Below are positions 54,129 through 64,000 of a stretch of DNA of 64,000 nt, in pieces (position 1 is the first letter of the stretch; each line of letters begins with the position of its first letter). Both the position numbers and the translations under genes were made by a program. The notes beneath the pieces were generated by a model. It ran no database searches. It saw only the letters and a program-made list of their open reading frames with translations, and was not told the DNA's origin. The stretch comes from Pseudidiomarina indica (GTDB taxonomy: Bacteria > Pseudomonadota > Gammaproteobacteria > Enterobacterales > Alteromonadaceae), in the NCBI GenBank assembly GCA_029279945.1, contig JAJUHK010000008.1, positions 11,212 to 75,211 of the forward strand, read 5' to 3'.

Positions 54129-55392
54129 AGCGCACCCCGCAACCCCCGCAGAAGAGCAGCTGGAGCTAACGATGCAACCAGCGCTTGATGCATTTCAGTC
54201 GCCAGTGTGGCAACGCTGGCGCGAATGGTGGTGGCCGCGTGATCACACCCTGCTCTACGATCGGGTGATCTTATGGATATGCTTAGCCTTAATAGCGATA
54301 GGCTTGATTATGGTGACGTCGGCATCATTCCCTGCGGCAGAGCGGCTTACTGGTAACCCCTTTTACTTCATGACACGGCATGTCATGTATGTAGTACTGG
54401 GGTTAGGGTTGCTGTTTGTGGTGATGCAAATTCCGGTGCAATGGTGGTTAGCGGGTAGCGGTACTTTGTTACTCAGTTCCCTAGTTTTATTGGCGGTAGT
54501 TTTGGTGATTGGTCATGAGGTTAATGGTGCCAAGCGGTGGATCAAGCTCGGACCAATGACCTTGCAGGTCGCCGAGGTGGCCAAACTGTTTTTTGTGATT
54601 TATCTATCCAGCTACCTGACACGCCGTGTCGGTGAAGTACAAGAAAACATCAAAGGTTTTATTAAGCCATTGATTGTCTTGTTCTTCTTTGCCTTATTGC
54701 TGCTGCTGCAGCCTGACTTTGGCTCGTTAGTGGTGATGTCACTTATTGCGGTAGGCATGTTGTTCTTAGCAGGGGCACGGATCTGGCAGTTTTTTGCGGT
54801 GTTGGTGACCTTTGCCTTCGTTATTGTGCTGTTGATTGTTAAAGAGCCGTATCGAATGCGCCGCGTGGTGTCCTTCCTCGATCCCTGGGAAGACCCCTTC
54901 GGCAGTGGTTACCAGTTGACGCAATCGCTCATGGCGTTTGGCCGTGGCGATTGGTTTGGGCAAGGTTTGGGTAACAGTATTCAAAAACTACAGTACCTCC
55001 CTGAAGCCCACACCGACTTTATCATGGCGGTGGTCGGTGAAGAACTTGGATTTGTGGGGATTTTGCTGATCTTGGCGTTAGTGTTCGCCTTAGTGGTACG
55101 AACCATGCTGCTCGGCCGTAACGCATTACGTGCCGGTCATCAGTATGGTGGCTTTGTTGCTTACGGTATTGCCATTTGGTTTGCTTTCCAAGCCATGGTC
55201 AATATAGGTGCAGCAGCCGGAATGCTGCCTACCAAAGGGTTAACCTTACCCTTGGTTAGCTACGGTGGCACCAGTTTATTGATTAGCTGCATGGCGGTCG
55301 GGTTGCTGTTACGGATTGACTACGAACTGCGAGTGAGTCAAGTGCAAGTCGCGCCACGCCGTGGCATCAACCGTGGTGGAGGTAGCGCATGA
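54109..55392 (+). CDS. ftsW: SEDS glycosyltransferase FtsW
   Basis: NGAKRWI, QPDFG, GYQLTQS and PEAHTDF; ATG at 54109 after GGAGG. Confidence 0.96.
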   Translation: MVAQAPKAHPATPAEEQLELTMQPALDAFQSPVWQRWREWWWPRDHTLLYDRVILWICLALIAIGLIMVTSASFPAAERLTGNPFYFMTRHVMYVVLGLGLLFVVMQIPVQWWLAGSGTLLLSSLVLLAVVLVIGHEVNGAKRWIKLGPMTLQVAEVAKLFFVIYLSSYLTRRVGEVQENIKGFIKPLIVLFFFALLLLLQPDFGSLVVMSLIAVGMLFLAGARIWQFFAVLVTFAFVIVLLIVKEPYRMRRVVSFLDPWEDPFGSGYQLTQSLMAFGRGDWFGQGLGNSIQKLQYLPEAHTDFIMAVVGEELGFVGILLILALVFALVVRTMLLGRNALRAGHQYGGFVAYGIAIWFAFQAMVNIGAAAGMLPTKGLTLPLVSYGGTSLLISCMAVGLLLRIDYELRVSQVQVAPRRGINRGGGSA

Positions 55393-56492
55393 AGAACGTG
55401 ATGATTGCGGCTGCGGGAACCGGTGGTCACGTATTTCCTGCCTTAGCAGTGGCAGAACAATTGCGGCAATACGGCTGGCGCGTGGTGTGGTTAGGCACGA
55501 CCGAACAACGGCTTGAAAGTAACGTGGTGCCCGCTGCTGGCTTTGAGCTTGAGCAGATCCCGATGCAGGGCGTGCGTGGCCATGGGCTGTTGCGAAAACT
55601 GACCACGCCGTGGCGGCTGTTCAAAGCGTTTTTACATAGTCGGCGCTTGCTTAAACAACACCAGATCCAGTTATTAGTGACGTTTGGTGGGTATGTTTGC
55701 GGTCCGGCAGGATTGGCAGCGCGTAGTCTCGGTATTCCGCTGCTAGTGCATGAGCAAAATGCCGTGGCTGGCTTGACCAATAAGTTGCTGGCCCGTTTCG
55801 CTCAGCATGTGATGGTTGGTTTTGCTGCCGCACGGCAACAATTGCCGCAAGCTGAAGTCGTTGGCAACCCGTTGCGAGCAAACTGGTATCAACCGATAAC
55901 AGCGCCGCGTACAGATGGTTTGCACGTGTTAGTCGTGGGTGGCAGTCTCGGTGCGCAGGTTTTAAATGAAACGGTTCCTGCGGCGCTAAAGCAGTTGCCG
56001 GCAGAGTTAATTGCGCAGCTCACTGTCCACCACCAATGTGGGCAAGGGCGCGCAGCAGAAGTCGCACAAGCCTACGCCGAACTGCCATTGGCAGCAGTGC
56101 AGGTCGCTGAATTTATTGATGATATGCACGCTGCATATAGCCGCGCAGATGTGGTTGTATGCCGTGCCGGGGCATTAACAGTCGCCGAATTAGCCATGGT
56201 GGGAACACCAGCAATTTTTGTGCCGTTGCCGCATGCCGTTGATGATCATCAAACGGCGAATGCCAATGAATTAGTACGGGTGAATGCAGCTCGATTGTTG
56301 CCACAAACCCAGTTACAGCAAGTGACTCCGTTAGTGAACTTGCTCCATGAATTGTTGACTCACCCCGAGTTGCGGGAACAGATGCGCAACAATGCGCAAC
56401 AAGCGGCGTATCCGCAGGCCACCGAAACCGTGGTGAGTCGTTGTGAACGATGGGCCAATCCAGAGCCCATGAATGTAGGCCAAAGTTTATGA
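55389..56492 (+). CDS. murG: Lipid II GlcNAc transferase
   Basis: [30 protein letters not shown] and DDHQTANA. Confidence 0.97.
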   Translation: MKNVMIAAAGTGGHVFPALAVAEQLRQYGWRVVWLGTTEQRLESNVVPAAGFELEQIPMQGVRGHGLLRKLTTPWRLFKAFLHSRRLLKQHQIQLLVTFGGYVCGPAGLAARSLGIPLLVHEQNAVAGLTNKLLARFAQHVMVGFAAARQQLPQAEVVGNPLRANWYQPITAPRTDGLHVLVVGGSLGAQVLNETVPAALKQLPAELIAQLTVHHQCGQGRAAEVAQAYAELPLAAVQVAEFIDDMHAAYSRADVVVCRAGALTVAELAMVGTPAIFVPLPHAVDDHQTANANELVRVNAARLLPQTQLQQVTPLVNLLHELLTHPELREQMRNNAQQAAYPQATETVVSRCERWANPEPMNVGQSL

Positions 56493-57982
56493 ATCATGAG
56501 AAGTCCACACCATTTACTGTTGTCAGCGTGCCGGAGATGCGTCGCGTACGTCGCATCCATTTTGTCGGCATCGGCGGCGCCGGTATGGGTGGCATAGCAG
56601 AAGTATTGTTAAACCAAGGGTACACCATTAGTGGTTCAGATTTGGCCGAAAATGCCAATACCCAGCGGTTGCGCCGTTTTGGTGCAGAAATTTTTATCGG
56701 TCATCATGCTGATCATGTCTTGCATGCCGATGTGATTGTGGTGTCCTCTGCGATTCGTTCTGATAATCCAGAGGTTGTAGCTGCTGAGCAGCGCATGATC
56801 CCACTCGTACGCCGGGCTGAGATGTTAGCTGAGTTGATGCGTTTTCGGCATGGGATTGCAATTGCCGGTACCCATGGCAAAACAACGACCACGAGCTTAA
56901 TCGCCAGTATTTTTGCCGAAGCTGAATTGGATCCGACCTTTGTTATTGGGGGCTTATTAAACAGCGCTGGTACCAACGCGCGCTTGGGTACAAGTAAGTA
57001 TTTAATTGCCGAAGCTGACGAATCCGATGCGTCATTTTTGCACTTGCAGCCGATGGTGTCGGTCGTGACCAATATTGAGCCTGACCATATGGACACCTAC
57101 GGGGGTGATTTTAGTAAAATGCTCGATACCTACGTCGACTTTTTGCATAACTTACCCTTCTATGGTTTGGCGGTGATGTGTGTGGACGATCCAGTCGTAC
57201 GTGACTTACTCCCGCGCCTTGGCCGTCATAGCATTACCTATGGTTTCAGTGCTGATGCTGATGTGCGCGGTTCAGATTATCAGCAGCAGGCCGAGCGCAG
57301 CACCTTTGTGGTGCATCGCCACGGACGCGAGCCATTGGCGGTCACCTTGAATTTACCGGGCAAGCATAATGCACTTAATGCCTTAGCCGCGATTGCCGTG
57401 GCAACTGACGAAGGCGTGTCTGATGTAGCTATTACCCGCGCCTTAGCAAAATTTGGTGGGATCGGTCGTCGCTTTGAGCATCTCGGGCAGTTCGCATTGG
57501 CCAACGCAGAGGTCGCAGGTGACGTTATGCTAGTGGATGACTATGGTCATCATCCATCAGAAGTGGCAGCAACTATTGCGGCGGCGCGGGCAGGGTGGCC
57601 TGAGCGGCGGTTGGTCATGGTGTTTCAACCCCACCGTTATTCACGTACCCGAGATTTATTTGATGATTTTGTGACGGTACTCGGTGCGGTTGACGTGTTG
57701 TTGTTGCTCGATGTGTATAGCGCTGGCGAAGCTCCGGTGCCTGGTGCAGATAGCAGAGCCTTAGCACGCGCCCTACGGTTACGCGGGCAACTGGAACCGA
57801 TTTATGTGGGTGATCGAGCTAATTTATATAAGGTAATGGCCAACGTATTACAACCCAATGATATGGTGATTGCACAGGGCGCAGGCAATATCGGTGCAAT
57901 CGCACGAGATTTAGTCGCCACCCAATTAGTGCCAGCACAATTACGTGACAAAGCAGAGGCTTTGCAAGGAGAACAGCAGTAA
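56489..57982 (+). CDS. murC: UDP-MurNAc:L-Ala ligase
   Basis: [25 protein letters not shown] and DDYGHHP. Confidence 0.97.
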   Translation: MNHEKSTPFTVVSVPEMRRVRRIHFVGIGGAGMGGIAEVLLNQGYTISGSDLAENANTQRLRRFGAEIFIGHHADHVLHADVIVVSSAIRSDNPEVVAAEQRMIPLVRRAEMLAELMRFRHGIAIAGTHGKTTTTSLIASIFAEAELDPTFVIGGLLNSAGTNARLGTSKYLIAEADESDASFLHLQPMVSVVTNIEPDHMDTYGGDFSKMLDTYVDFLHNLPFYGLAVMCVDDPVVRDLLPRLGRHSITYGFSADADVRGSDYQQQAERSTFVVHRHGREPLAVTLNLPGKHNALNALAAIAVATDEGVSDVAITRALAKFGGIGRRFEHLGQFALANAEVAGDVMLVDDYGHHPSEVAATIAAARAGWPERRLVMVFQPHRYSRTRDLFDDFVTVLGAVDVLLLLDVYSAGEAPVPGADSRALARALRLRGQLEPIYVGDRANLYKVMANVLQPNDMVIAQGAGNIGAIARDLVATQLVPAQLRDKAEALQGEQQ

Positions 57983-58902
57983 TGACAGCCGCGAAGTTTG
58001 GCAAAGTAGCAGTGTTATACGGCGGGAGTTCCGCCGAACGCGAGGTGTCGTTGCGCTCAGGACAGGCCGTGTTGGCGGCTTTGCAAGCTCAGGGGGTCGA
58101 TGCTCATGGGGTTGACCCGGCTGCGGTGAGTTTAACCGCACTCGCGCAGCAACACTTTGACCGTGCGTTTATCGTATTACATGGTCGTGGTGGTGAAGAT
58201 GGCACTATCCAAGGCGCATTGGCGACCTTAGGTATTCCGTACACCGGTAGTGGAGTGCTGGGCTGCGCCTTAGCGATGGACAAAATACGGACCAAACAGG
58301 TGTGGCAGGCGGCCGGTTTACCTGTGGCGCGAAGCATCGTCGTGCGCCGCGGTGAAACTTTGGATTGGGTGAAGGTGCTAGCGGAGCTCGGCGGTAAGGT
58401 GATGGTCAAGCCTGCCCAAGAAGGTAGCAGTATTGGGATGAATTCAGCAGCTTCGGCGGAGGCCTTAGCCAGCGCAGTTGCTACGGCACATAAGTACGAT
58501 CAGGAAGCGTTAATCGAAGCCTGGTTAGCAGGACCTGAGTACACAGTAAGTATTTTAGGTGATCAGGCGTTACCGGTGATTCGTGTGCAAGCAGTGAGCG
58601 AATTTTACGATTATGTCGCGAAGTACCAATCGAATACCACGCAGTATCACTGTCCGGCAGGGTTATCACCCGCCCGTGAAGCCGAGTTACAAGCGTTAGC
58701 TATGCAAGCGTTTCGTGCTGTTGCGGGACGTGGTTGGGGACGGATTGATGCCATGTGTGATGCGGCAGGCAATTTTTATCTGCTTGAAGCCAATATGGTG
58801 CCAGGGATGACTGCAAAGAGTTTAGTACCCATGGCAGCGAAGGCGGTGGGTATGAGTTTCGAGCAATTGGTATGGCGCATCCTCGAGCTTAGCGAGGTGT
58901 AA
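57982..58902 (+). CDS. ddl: D-Ala-D-Ala ligase
   Basis: GGSSAEREVSL, LHGRGGEDG, EGSSIG and LEANMVPG. Confidence 0.97.
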   Translation: MTAAKFGKVAVLYGGSSAEREVSLRSGQAVLAALQAQGVDAHGVDPAAVSLTALAQQHFDRAFIVLHGRGGEDGTIQGALATLGIPYTGSGVLGCALAMDKIRTKQVWQAAGLPVARSIVVRRGETLDWVKVLAELGGKVMVKPAQEGSSIGMNSAASAEALASAVATAHKYDQEALIEAWLAGPEYTVSILGDQALPVIRVQAVSEFYDYVAKYQSNTTQYHCPAGLSPAREAELQALAMQAFRAVAGRGWGRIDAMCDAAGNFYLLEANMVPGMTAKSLVPMAAKAVGMSFEQLVWRILELSEV

Positions 58903-58903
58903 T

Positions 58904-59638
58904 GTGGCGGCACTCCGCTGGCAGTTTTGGCTGGGATTTGGATTTTTTCTCAGTGTCGTCATCGGAGCGATTGCCGGGGGGATGTGGCTGTATTACTTGG
59001 CCATGGATGCCAATGAAGTACCGTTGCGGCGCTTGGTGGTGCAAGGCGAGTTAACCTATTTAAGCAAAGCACAACTACGCGATGCTTTGGCAGGTGAAGA
59101 ATTAGGGAGTTTTTTCTCTGCTGATGTGAACCATGTGCGGGCTTTGTTAGAAGCGCAACCTTGGGTAGAACAGGCCTCAGTGCGCAAAGAATGGCCGGAC
59201 ATTTTGAAAGTATTTATTGTTGAGCGCAAGCCGTTGGCCCATTGGAACCCCGCCACGCGACCAGCAGCATTAGTGAGCGTTAACGGGGATGTGTTTGATG
59301 TAGATAAAAGCGTGCTCACGGAATTTTTGCCCAGTTTATCGGGTCCAGAGCATGCGGTGCTAGAAACCGTCGAGCATTATCAGCGCGTGACCGAATTGTT
59401 ACATCTAAACGGTCACCAAGTGGTAGCGCTAACGCTCAACGAGCGGTTTGCAGTGGATGTGGAATTACTGTCGGGAATTCGATTGCGGTTAGGTCGCGAG
59501 GGTTTACTCGAACGAGTGCAGCGTTTTATCGATTTATTCCCGACGCTTATTCGGCAGCGAACTCAGCCGATAGATTATGTGGATTTACGCTATGACACCG
59601 GCGTTGCGGTGGCTTGGAAAGAAGAGCAAGAGAGATAA
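58904..59638 (+). CDS. ftsQ: Cell division protein FtsQ
   Basis: TM, POTRA region (PWVEQASVRKEWP) and YVDLRYDTGVAV. Confidence 0.94.
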   Translation: MAALRWQFWLGFGFFLSVVIGAIAGGMWLYYLAMDANEVPLRRLVVQGELTYLSKAQLRDALAGEELGSFFSADVNHVRALLEAQPWVEQASVRKEWPDILKVFIVERKPLAHWNPATRPAALVSVNGDVFDVDKSVLTEFLPSLSGPEHAVLETVEHYQRVTELLHLNGHQVVALTLNERFAVDVELLSGIRLRLGREGLLERVQRFIDLFPTLIRQRTQPIDYVDLRYDTGVAVAWKEEQER

Positions 59639-59642
59639 TAAC

Positions 59643-60875
59643 ATGTCGAAAGCAGCAGAACGGAACATGGTCGTTGGTTTAGATATCGGCACCAGTAGAG
59701 TGACAGCCCTAATTGGCGAAGTGATGCCAGACGGGGATATCGCTGTTATTGGTGTTGGTGCTGCGACTGCGCGTGGCATGGATAAAGGTGGGGTCAACGA
59801 TTTAAATCTAGTCGTGCAATCCATTCAGCGCGCCGTAGAAGAAGCAGAATTAATGGCAGATTGCCGCATTGCCTCGGTCTGGCTCAATATTTCTGGCCGT
59901 CATATTGCTTGCCAAAATGAGTCAGGCATGGTCCCGATTAACGAGGCCGAAGTAACTCAAGATGATGTGGATAGCGTGATTCATGCAGCGCAGTCGGTGC
60001 CAATCGCACAAGAGCGGCGGATCCTGCATGTGCTACCGCAAGAGTACATTATCGATTCCCAAGAAAGCATCAAGAGCCCTATTGGGATGTCGGGCGTGCG
60101 CATGGAGGCTCGAGTTCATATTATTACCTGTGCCAACGACATGGCGAAGAATATTGAAAAAGCAGTGGAGCGTTGCGGCTTAAAAGTCGAGAGCCTGATT
60201 TTTTCGGCGTTAGCTTCGAGCATGGCCGTGCTGACCGAAGATGAAAAGGATTTAGGCGTAGCCTTGGTCGACATGGGGGCTGGTACCATCGACATTAATA
60301 TTTATACCGGTGGGGTATTGCGGCATACCGCCGTGATTCCAGCGGCGGGTAACCAAGTGACCAGTGATATCGCGAAGATCTTTCGGACGCCACTGAACCA
60401 CGCGGAAGAAATTAAAACCAAATATGCCTGTGCACTGCGCGAGTTAGTAGGCAAGGATGATCATATTGAAGTGCCCTCGGTCGGTGGACGCCCGTCACGA
60501 AGTATGGCTCGCCATATTTTGGCCGAAGTGGTGGAGCCACGTTACCAGGAGCTGTTTGAATTGGTGCGTGATCAGATCAGCCAAAGCGGTTTGGAAGAAC
60601 AAATTGCCGCCGGAATCGTGTTAACGGGAGGCTGCGGCAGAATGGAAGGAGCCGTGGAGTTTGCTGAGGAAATTTTTCAAATGCCAGTGCGGCTCGGTGA
60701 GCCCCTTGGTATGCATGGTTTGAGCGATTACGTACAAGATCCAACCTATGCTACGGCGGTGGGTTTACTACGTTATGCGCAACAAAATGTTCAAAACCGT
60801 CAACGTGAAAGCAGCTCTACCAACGTGATTGGCTTAGGCAAACGGTTGCTGAGCTGGTTTAAAGGCGAATTTTAA
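59643..60875 (+). CDS. ftsA: Cell division protein FtsA
   Basis: GLDIGTS, VDMGAGT, LTGG and C-terminal WFKGEF. Confidence 0.97.
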   Translation: MSKAAERNMVVGLDIGTSRVTALIGEVMPDGDIAVIGVGAATARGMDKGGVNDLNLVVQSIQRAVEEAELMADCRIASVWLNISGRHIACQNESGMVPINEAEVTQDDVDSVIHAAQSVPIAQERRILHVLPQEYIIDSQESIKSPIGMSGVRMEARVHIITCANDMAKNIEKAVERCGLKVESLIFSALASSMAVLTEDEKDLGVALVDMGAGTIDINIYTGGVLRHTAVIPAAGNQVTSDIAKIFRTPLNHAEEIKTKYACALRELVGKDDHIEVPSVGGRPSRSMARHILAEVVEPRYQELFELVRDQISQSGLEEQIAAGIVLTGGCGRMEGAVEFAEEIFQMPVRLGEPLGMHGLSDYVQDPTYATAVGLLRYAQQNVQNRQRESSSTNVIGLGKRLLSWFKGEF

Positions 60876-60940
60876 GTAAAACAATGTTTTGGATATGAAA
60901 TTTTGGGGTAGTACAATAAGCAGGTTAAAGGAGAAACAAC

Positions 60941-62173
60941 ATGTCTGAAGAACTATTCGAAGTAGTCAACGACTTTGATGCGGATGCAGTGATTAAAGTC
61001 ATTGGCGTTGGTGGGGGCGGCGGTAACGCCGTAAAACACATGATCAGTGAGTCCATCGAGGGCGTCCAATTCTTGGTCGCTAATACCGATGCGCAAGCAC
61101 TGCGTAATCATGGCGCACATGTCGCCATTCAATTGGGGCAGGATGTCACCAAAGGGTTAGGGGCAGGCGCCAACCCAGAAATCGGCCGCCAAGCGGCCGA
61201 AGAAGCGCGCGATGAAATTCGTAAGCACTTACAAGGTGCCGATATGATTTTCATCGCTGCGGGGATGGGGGGTGGTACCGGTACCGGAGCTGCACCAGTG
61301 GTTGCAGAAGTGGCGAGGGAACTCGGTATCTTGACCGTGGCAGTCGTGACCAAACCATTCCCATTTGAAGGCCAACGCCGCATGGCTGCAGCCAAAGAAG
61401 GGATTGAACAGTTGGCTCGGCATGTCGACTCGTTGATCACCATTCCGAACGAGAAACTTTTGAAAGTTTTGGGTAAAGGAACCAGCTTACTGGATGCTTT
61501 TGCTAAGGCGAACGATGTATTATTAGGGGCCGTTCAAGGTATCTCCGACTTAATTACTCGTGATGGTCTCATCAACGTTGACTTTGCCGACGTGCGTGCG
61601 GTAATGCGTGAGATGGGTACTGCCATGATGGGTACTGGTATTGCGCGTGGCGAAGACCGCGCTTCAGAAGCAGCAGAAATGGCAATTAACAGCCCATTAC
61701 TGGAAGATATCGATCTCTCTGGTGCTCGTGGCGTGTTGTTGAACATCACCGCTGGCATGGATTTGAGCATGGAAGAGTTCGAGACCGTTGGTAATGTGGT
61801 GAAAGGCTTCGTATCAGAGAACGCGACGGTGATTGTGGGAACTGTTATTGACACCAATATGTCAGAAGAATTGCGAGTGACTGTGGTCGCAACTGGCCTC
61901 GGTGGTGAGCGCAAGCCCGATATCGCCTTGGTAAACCGTCGTGAGCAAGCTCCGAGCTATGGCAGCAGTCGTGTTAGTGCACACCACAGCAGCTCAACCT
62001 CAACAAGCGGTTACGGCAGCGCCGCGACAGCTCGCCAGCTGGAAGCTGAGTTTGATGATGAGCCCGCGGCAGAGCCAGCAGTGACGAAGCCAGCGGCAAA
62101 GCCACAAGCGAGCCAAAGCAAAGATATGGACTATTTAGATATTCCAGCATTTTTACGGCGTCAAGTTGATTAA
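60941..62173 (+). CDS. ftsZ: Cell division GTPase FtsZ
   Basis: GGGGGNAV, GGGTGTG, NVDFAD and C-terminal DYLDIPAFLR. Confidence 0.99.
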   Translation: MSEELFEVVNDFDADAVIKVIGVGGGGGNAVKHMISESIEGVQFLVANTDAQALRNHGAHVAIQLGQDVTKGLGAGANPEIGRQAAEEARDEIRKHLQGADMIFIAAGMGGGTGTGAAPVVAEVARELGILTVAVVTKPFPFEGQRRMAAAKEGIEQLARHVDSLITIPNEKLLKVLGKGTSLLDAFAKANDVLLGAVQGISDLITRDGLINVDFADVRAVMREMGTAMMGTGIARGEDRASEAAEMAINSPLLEDIDLSGARGVLLNITAGMDLSMEEFETVGNVVKGFVSENATVIVGTVIDTNMSEELRVTVVATGLGGERKPDIALVNRREQAPSYGSSRVSAHHSSSTSTSGYGSAATARQLEAEFDDEPAAEPAVTKPAAKPQASQSKDMDYLDIPAFLRRQVD

Positions 62174-62273
62174 TCTGACGGTTTTATTGCGGAATACACG
62201 ATAGTTCGGTAAACTATTGCGCCTTTTGTTTGTCAAAGGGCTATAGACTTCTTCGCAAAATGAGAAGGCAGAC

Positions 62274-63188
62274 ATGATTAAGCAACGTACCATCAAACAG
62301 CCTATTGCAACCACAGGTGTGGGTTTGCACAAAGGCAACAAGGTTCAGCTCACGCTGCGTCCGGCTCCTGTGAATACTGGGCTGGTATTTCGCCGTGTCG
62401 ATCTGAAACCAGCGGTTGATATTCCTGCGAACGCTGAGTTTGTACGGGATACGCGTATGTGTACGTGTCTGATTAATGATGACAACGTACGTGTGTCTAC
62501 GGTTGAGCACTTGTTGGCAGCACTTGCTGCGATGGGAATTGACAACCTCATTATTGAAGTCGATAGCCACGAAATCCCGATCATGGACGGTAGCTCTCAC
62601 CCCTTCGTATACCTGCTTCAGAGCGCGGGAATTGAAGAGCAAAATGCGGCGAAAAAGTTTATTAAGATCAAGCAACCCGTACGGGTTGAAGATGGCGATA
62701 AGTGGGCGGAACTCACGCCCCACCAAGGGTTTCGCATCGATTTCGCCATCGATTTTGATCATCCGGCTATCGCCAACACTGTGCAACAGCTCAGCATTGA
62801 TTTTAGCAGCAATAATTTCATCAAGGAAATCAGCCGTGCCCGCACGTTTGGTTTCATGAAGGATATTGAAATGTTGCGTGCCAATAACCTTGCGTTAGGT
62901 GGCAGCTTTGACAATGCGGTTGTGTTGGATGAGTTCCGTATTCTTAATACCGAAGGATTACGTTACGACGACGAGTTCGTGAAGCATAAGGTTCTCGATG
63001 CGATTGGTGACTTATACATGGGTGGACATACCATTCTTGGTCATCTACACGCCTTTAAATCAGGCCATGCGCTAAATAACCAATTGTTACGCGCGGTATT
63101 ACAACACCAAGAAGCGTGGGAATTTGTGACCTTCGAAGATGATGCCGAAATGGCACCTATCGCATTCAGTACCCCGGTATTAGCCTAA
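62274..63188 (+). CDS. lpxC: UDP-3-O-acyl-GlcNAc deacetylase
   Basis: [30 protein letters not shown] and SGHALN. Confidence 0.98.
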   Translation: MIKQRTIKQPIATTGVGLHKGNKVQLTLRPAPVNTGLVFRRVDLKPAVDIPANAEFVRDTRMCTCLINDDNVRVSTVEHLLAALAAMGIDNLIIEVDSHEIPIMDGSSHPFVYLLQSAGIEEQNAAKKFIKIKQPVRVEDGDKWAELTPHQGFRIDFAIDFDHPAIANTVQQLSIDFSSNNFIKEISRARTFGFMKDIEMLRANNLALGGSFDNAVVLDEFRILNTEGLRYDDEFVKHKVLDAIGDLYMGGHTILGHLHAFKSGHALNNQLLRAVLQHQEAWEFVTFEDDAEMAPIAFSTPVLA

Positions 63189-63219
63189 TACCGGGGCTTA
63201 CCCGCCCCTTTATTCTGTA

Positions 63220-63696
63220 TCACTGTTGTTCATATTTATCTGCTAAAGCAAGCAGTTGTGAGCGCAATGGTTCTTCGCAACGAGCCGCCTCTGCGCGTAG
63301 TTGCGCCACCACATCGGGTTCGTTGGTAGGTGGTTTCGGTGGTTGTTTTGGTGCTGCTGCCAGCGGATTTTGACTGCTTGGCGACGCCTTAGGACGAATC
63401 CGAAGCTCAAGTTGCGTGATTTGCCCCGTAGATTCATCTTGAAAATGCGTTATAATGCGCTGTTGTTGAAGTTTTAAACGGTTCGCCACGGCGGCCGAAG
63501 GAACTTCAATAATGAGGGTGTGTGCGCGAACTGACACCACTGTACAATGCTGACTGAGTGGCGCGAGTTGTAATGCAGCAAAACATTGTTGCAATTGCTG
63601 TTGCCAGCGTCGGTGTTGCTCGGTAAAGTCAGTAAAACGCTGAAAGCGCTGACTGCTAAAAAGTTGTTGGATATTACGTGGTCTTTTTCGGGCCAT
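63220..63696 (-). CDS. dciA: DUF721/DciA-family replicative helicase loader
   Basis: LIIEVPSAAVANRL KH-like core and Pro/Lys-rich helical tail; convergent on lpxC at the position typical of non-enteric gammaproteobacteria. Confidence 0.72.
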   Translation of the reverse strand: MARKRPRNIQQLFSSQRFQRFTDFTEQHRRWQQQLQQCFAALQLAPLSQHCTVVSVRAHTLIIEVPSAAVANRLKLQQQRIITHFQDESTGQITQLELRIRPKASPSSQNPLAAAPKQPPKPPTNEPDVVAQLRAEAARCEEPLRSQLLALADKYEQQ

Positions 63697-63738
63697 GGTT
63701 GCGTGCCAGTTAAATTATAATAAGCAGCGAGAGATTGC

Positions 63739-64000
63739 ATGAGTCTATCAGTCTTCTACCGAGGCACCAAAGTTAAATTCGGATTTGAGCTCAGTCGACG
63801 ACGATTATTTTCGTTGGTTGGGTTAGCTGCGCTTGGTGTGTTGGCAGTTACTAAGCCATGGGAATATAAGGGGCTTCACCCCGAAATCGCCCAAGCAAAA
63901 ATAGCCAAAGAAAAAGTCGCCATTGCTGCTCAGCAGCAAGTAATTCGCGACTTAAAAGATGAAACAGAAAAAAAACTTGCCGCCATGACCATCTACATTG
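63739..64000 (+). CDS. 5' part of a probable M23-family peptidase (truncated by the window end)
   Basis: My translation reads MSLSVFYRGTKVKFGFELSRRRLFSLVGLAALGVLAVTKPW... followed by a coiled coil, open to the window end. The M23 call rests on synteny only, since the catalytic domain is outside the window. Confidence 0.55.
   Translation, partial: MSLSVFYRGTKVKFGFELSRRRLFSLVGLAALGVLAVTKPWEYKGLHPEIAQAKIAKEKVAIAAQQQVIRDLKDETEKKLAAMTIYI

Overview
This is a 64-kb core-genome segment of a marine-type gammaproteobacterium; gene order and protein style suggest Alteromonadales, possibly Idiomarinaceae (inference). In order it carries: tdk-pyrC; a collapsed, rearranged MSHA pilus locus; mreBCD-maf-rng-yhdP-nit-tldD, darP(yjgA) and pmbA; the kdsD-kdsC-lptC-lptA-lptB-rpoN-hpf-ptsN-rapZ-npr operon (minus strand); mlaFEDCB-ibaG-murA; degS, degQ and zapG; zapE with a Na/Pi cotransporter; rplM-rpsI; an IS3-family right-end remnant; petABC-sspAB; lpoA-yraN-diaA-like-dolP (minus strand); rsmI; RNase P RNA; a CHASE-GGDEF-EAL gene; the complete dcw cluster mraZ..lpxC; dciA (DUF721); and the 5' part of a probable M23 peptidase gene. 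I found no CRISPR array, tRNA, rRNA, prophage or intact transposase, and no clearly new multi-gene system. The most unusual features are: (1) the MSHA locus reduced to a 5' mshI-like fragment joined tail-to-tail to an inverted, truncated mshD, plus one intact mshC directly before mreB; (2) a ~150-bp IS3 remnant upstream of petABC that the ORF track misses; (3) a degenerate DiaA/GmhA; (4) several candidate regulatory elements (sigmaE-type degQ promoter, U-run pyrC start site, MraZ boxes shared with a c-di-GMP gene). Gene calls rest on recognising motifs and synteny from memory, not on database searches.
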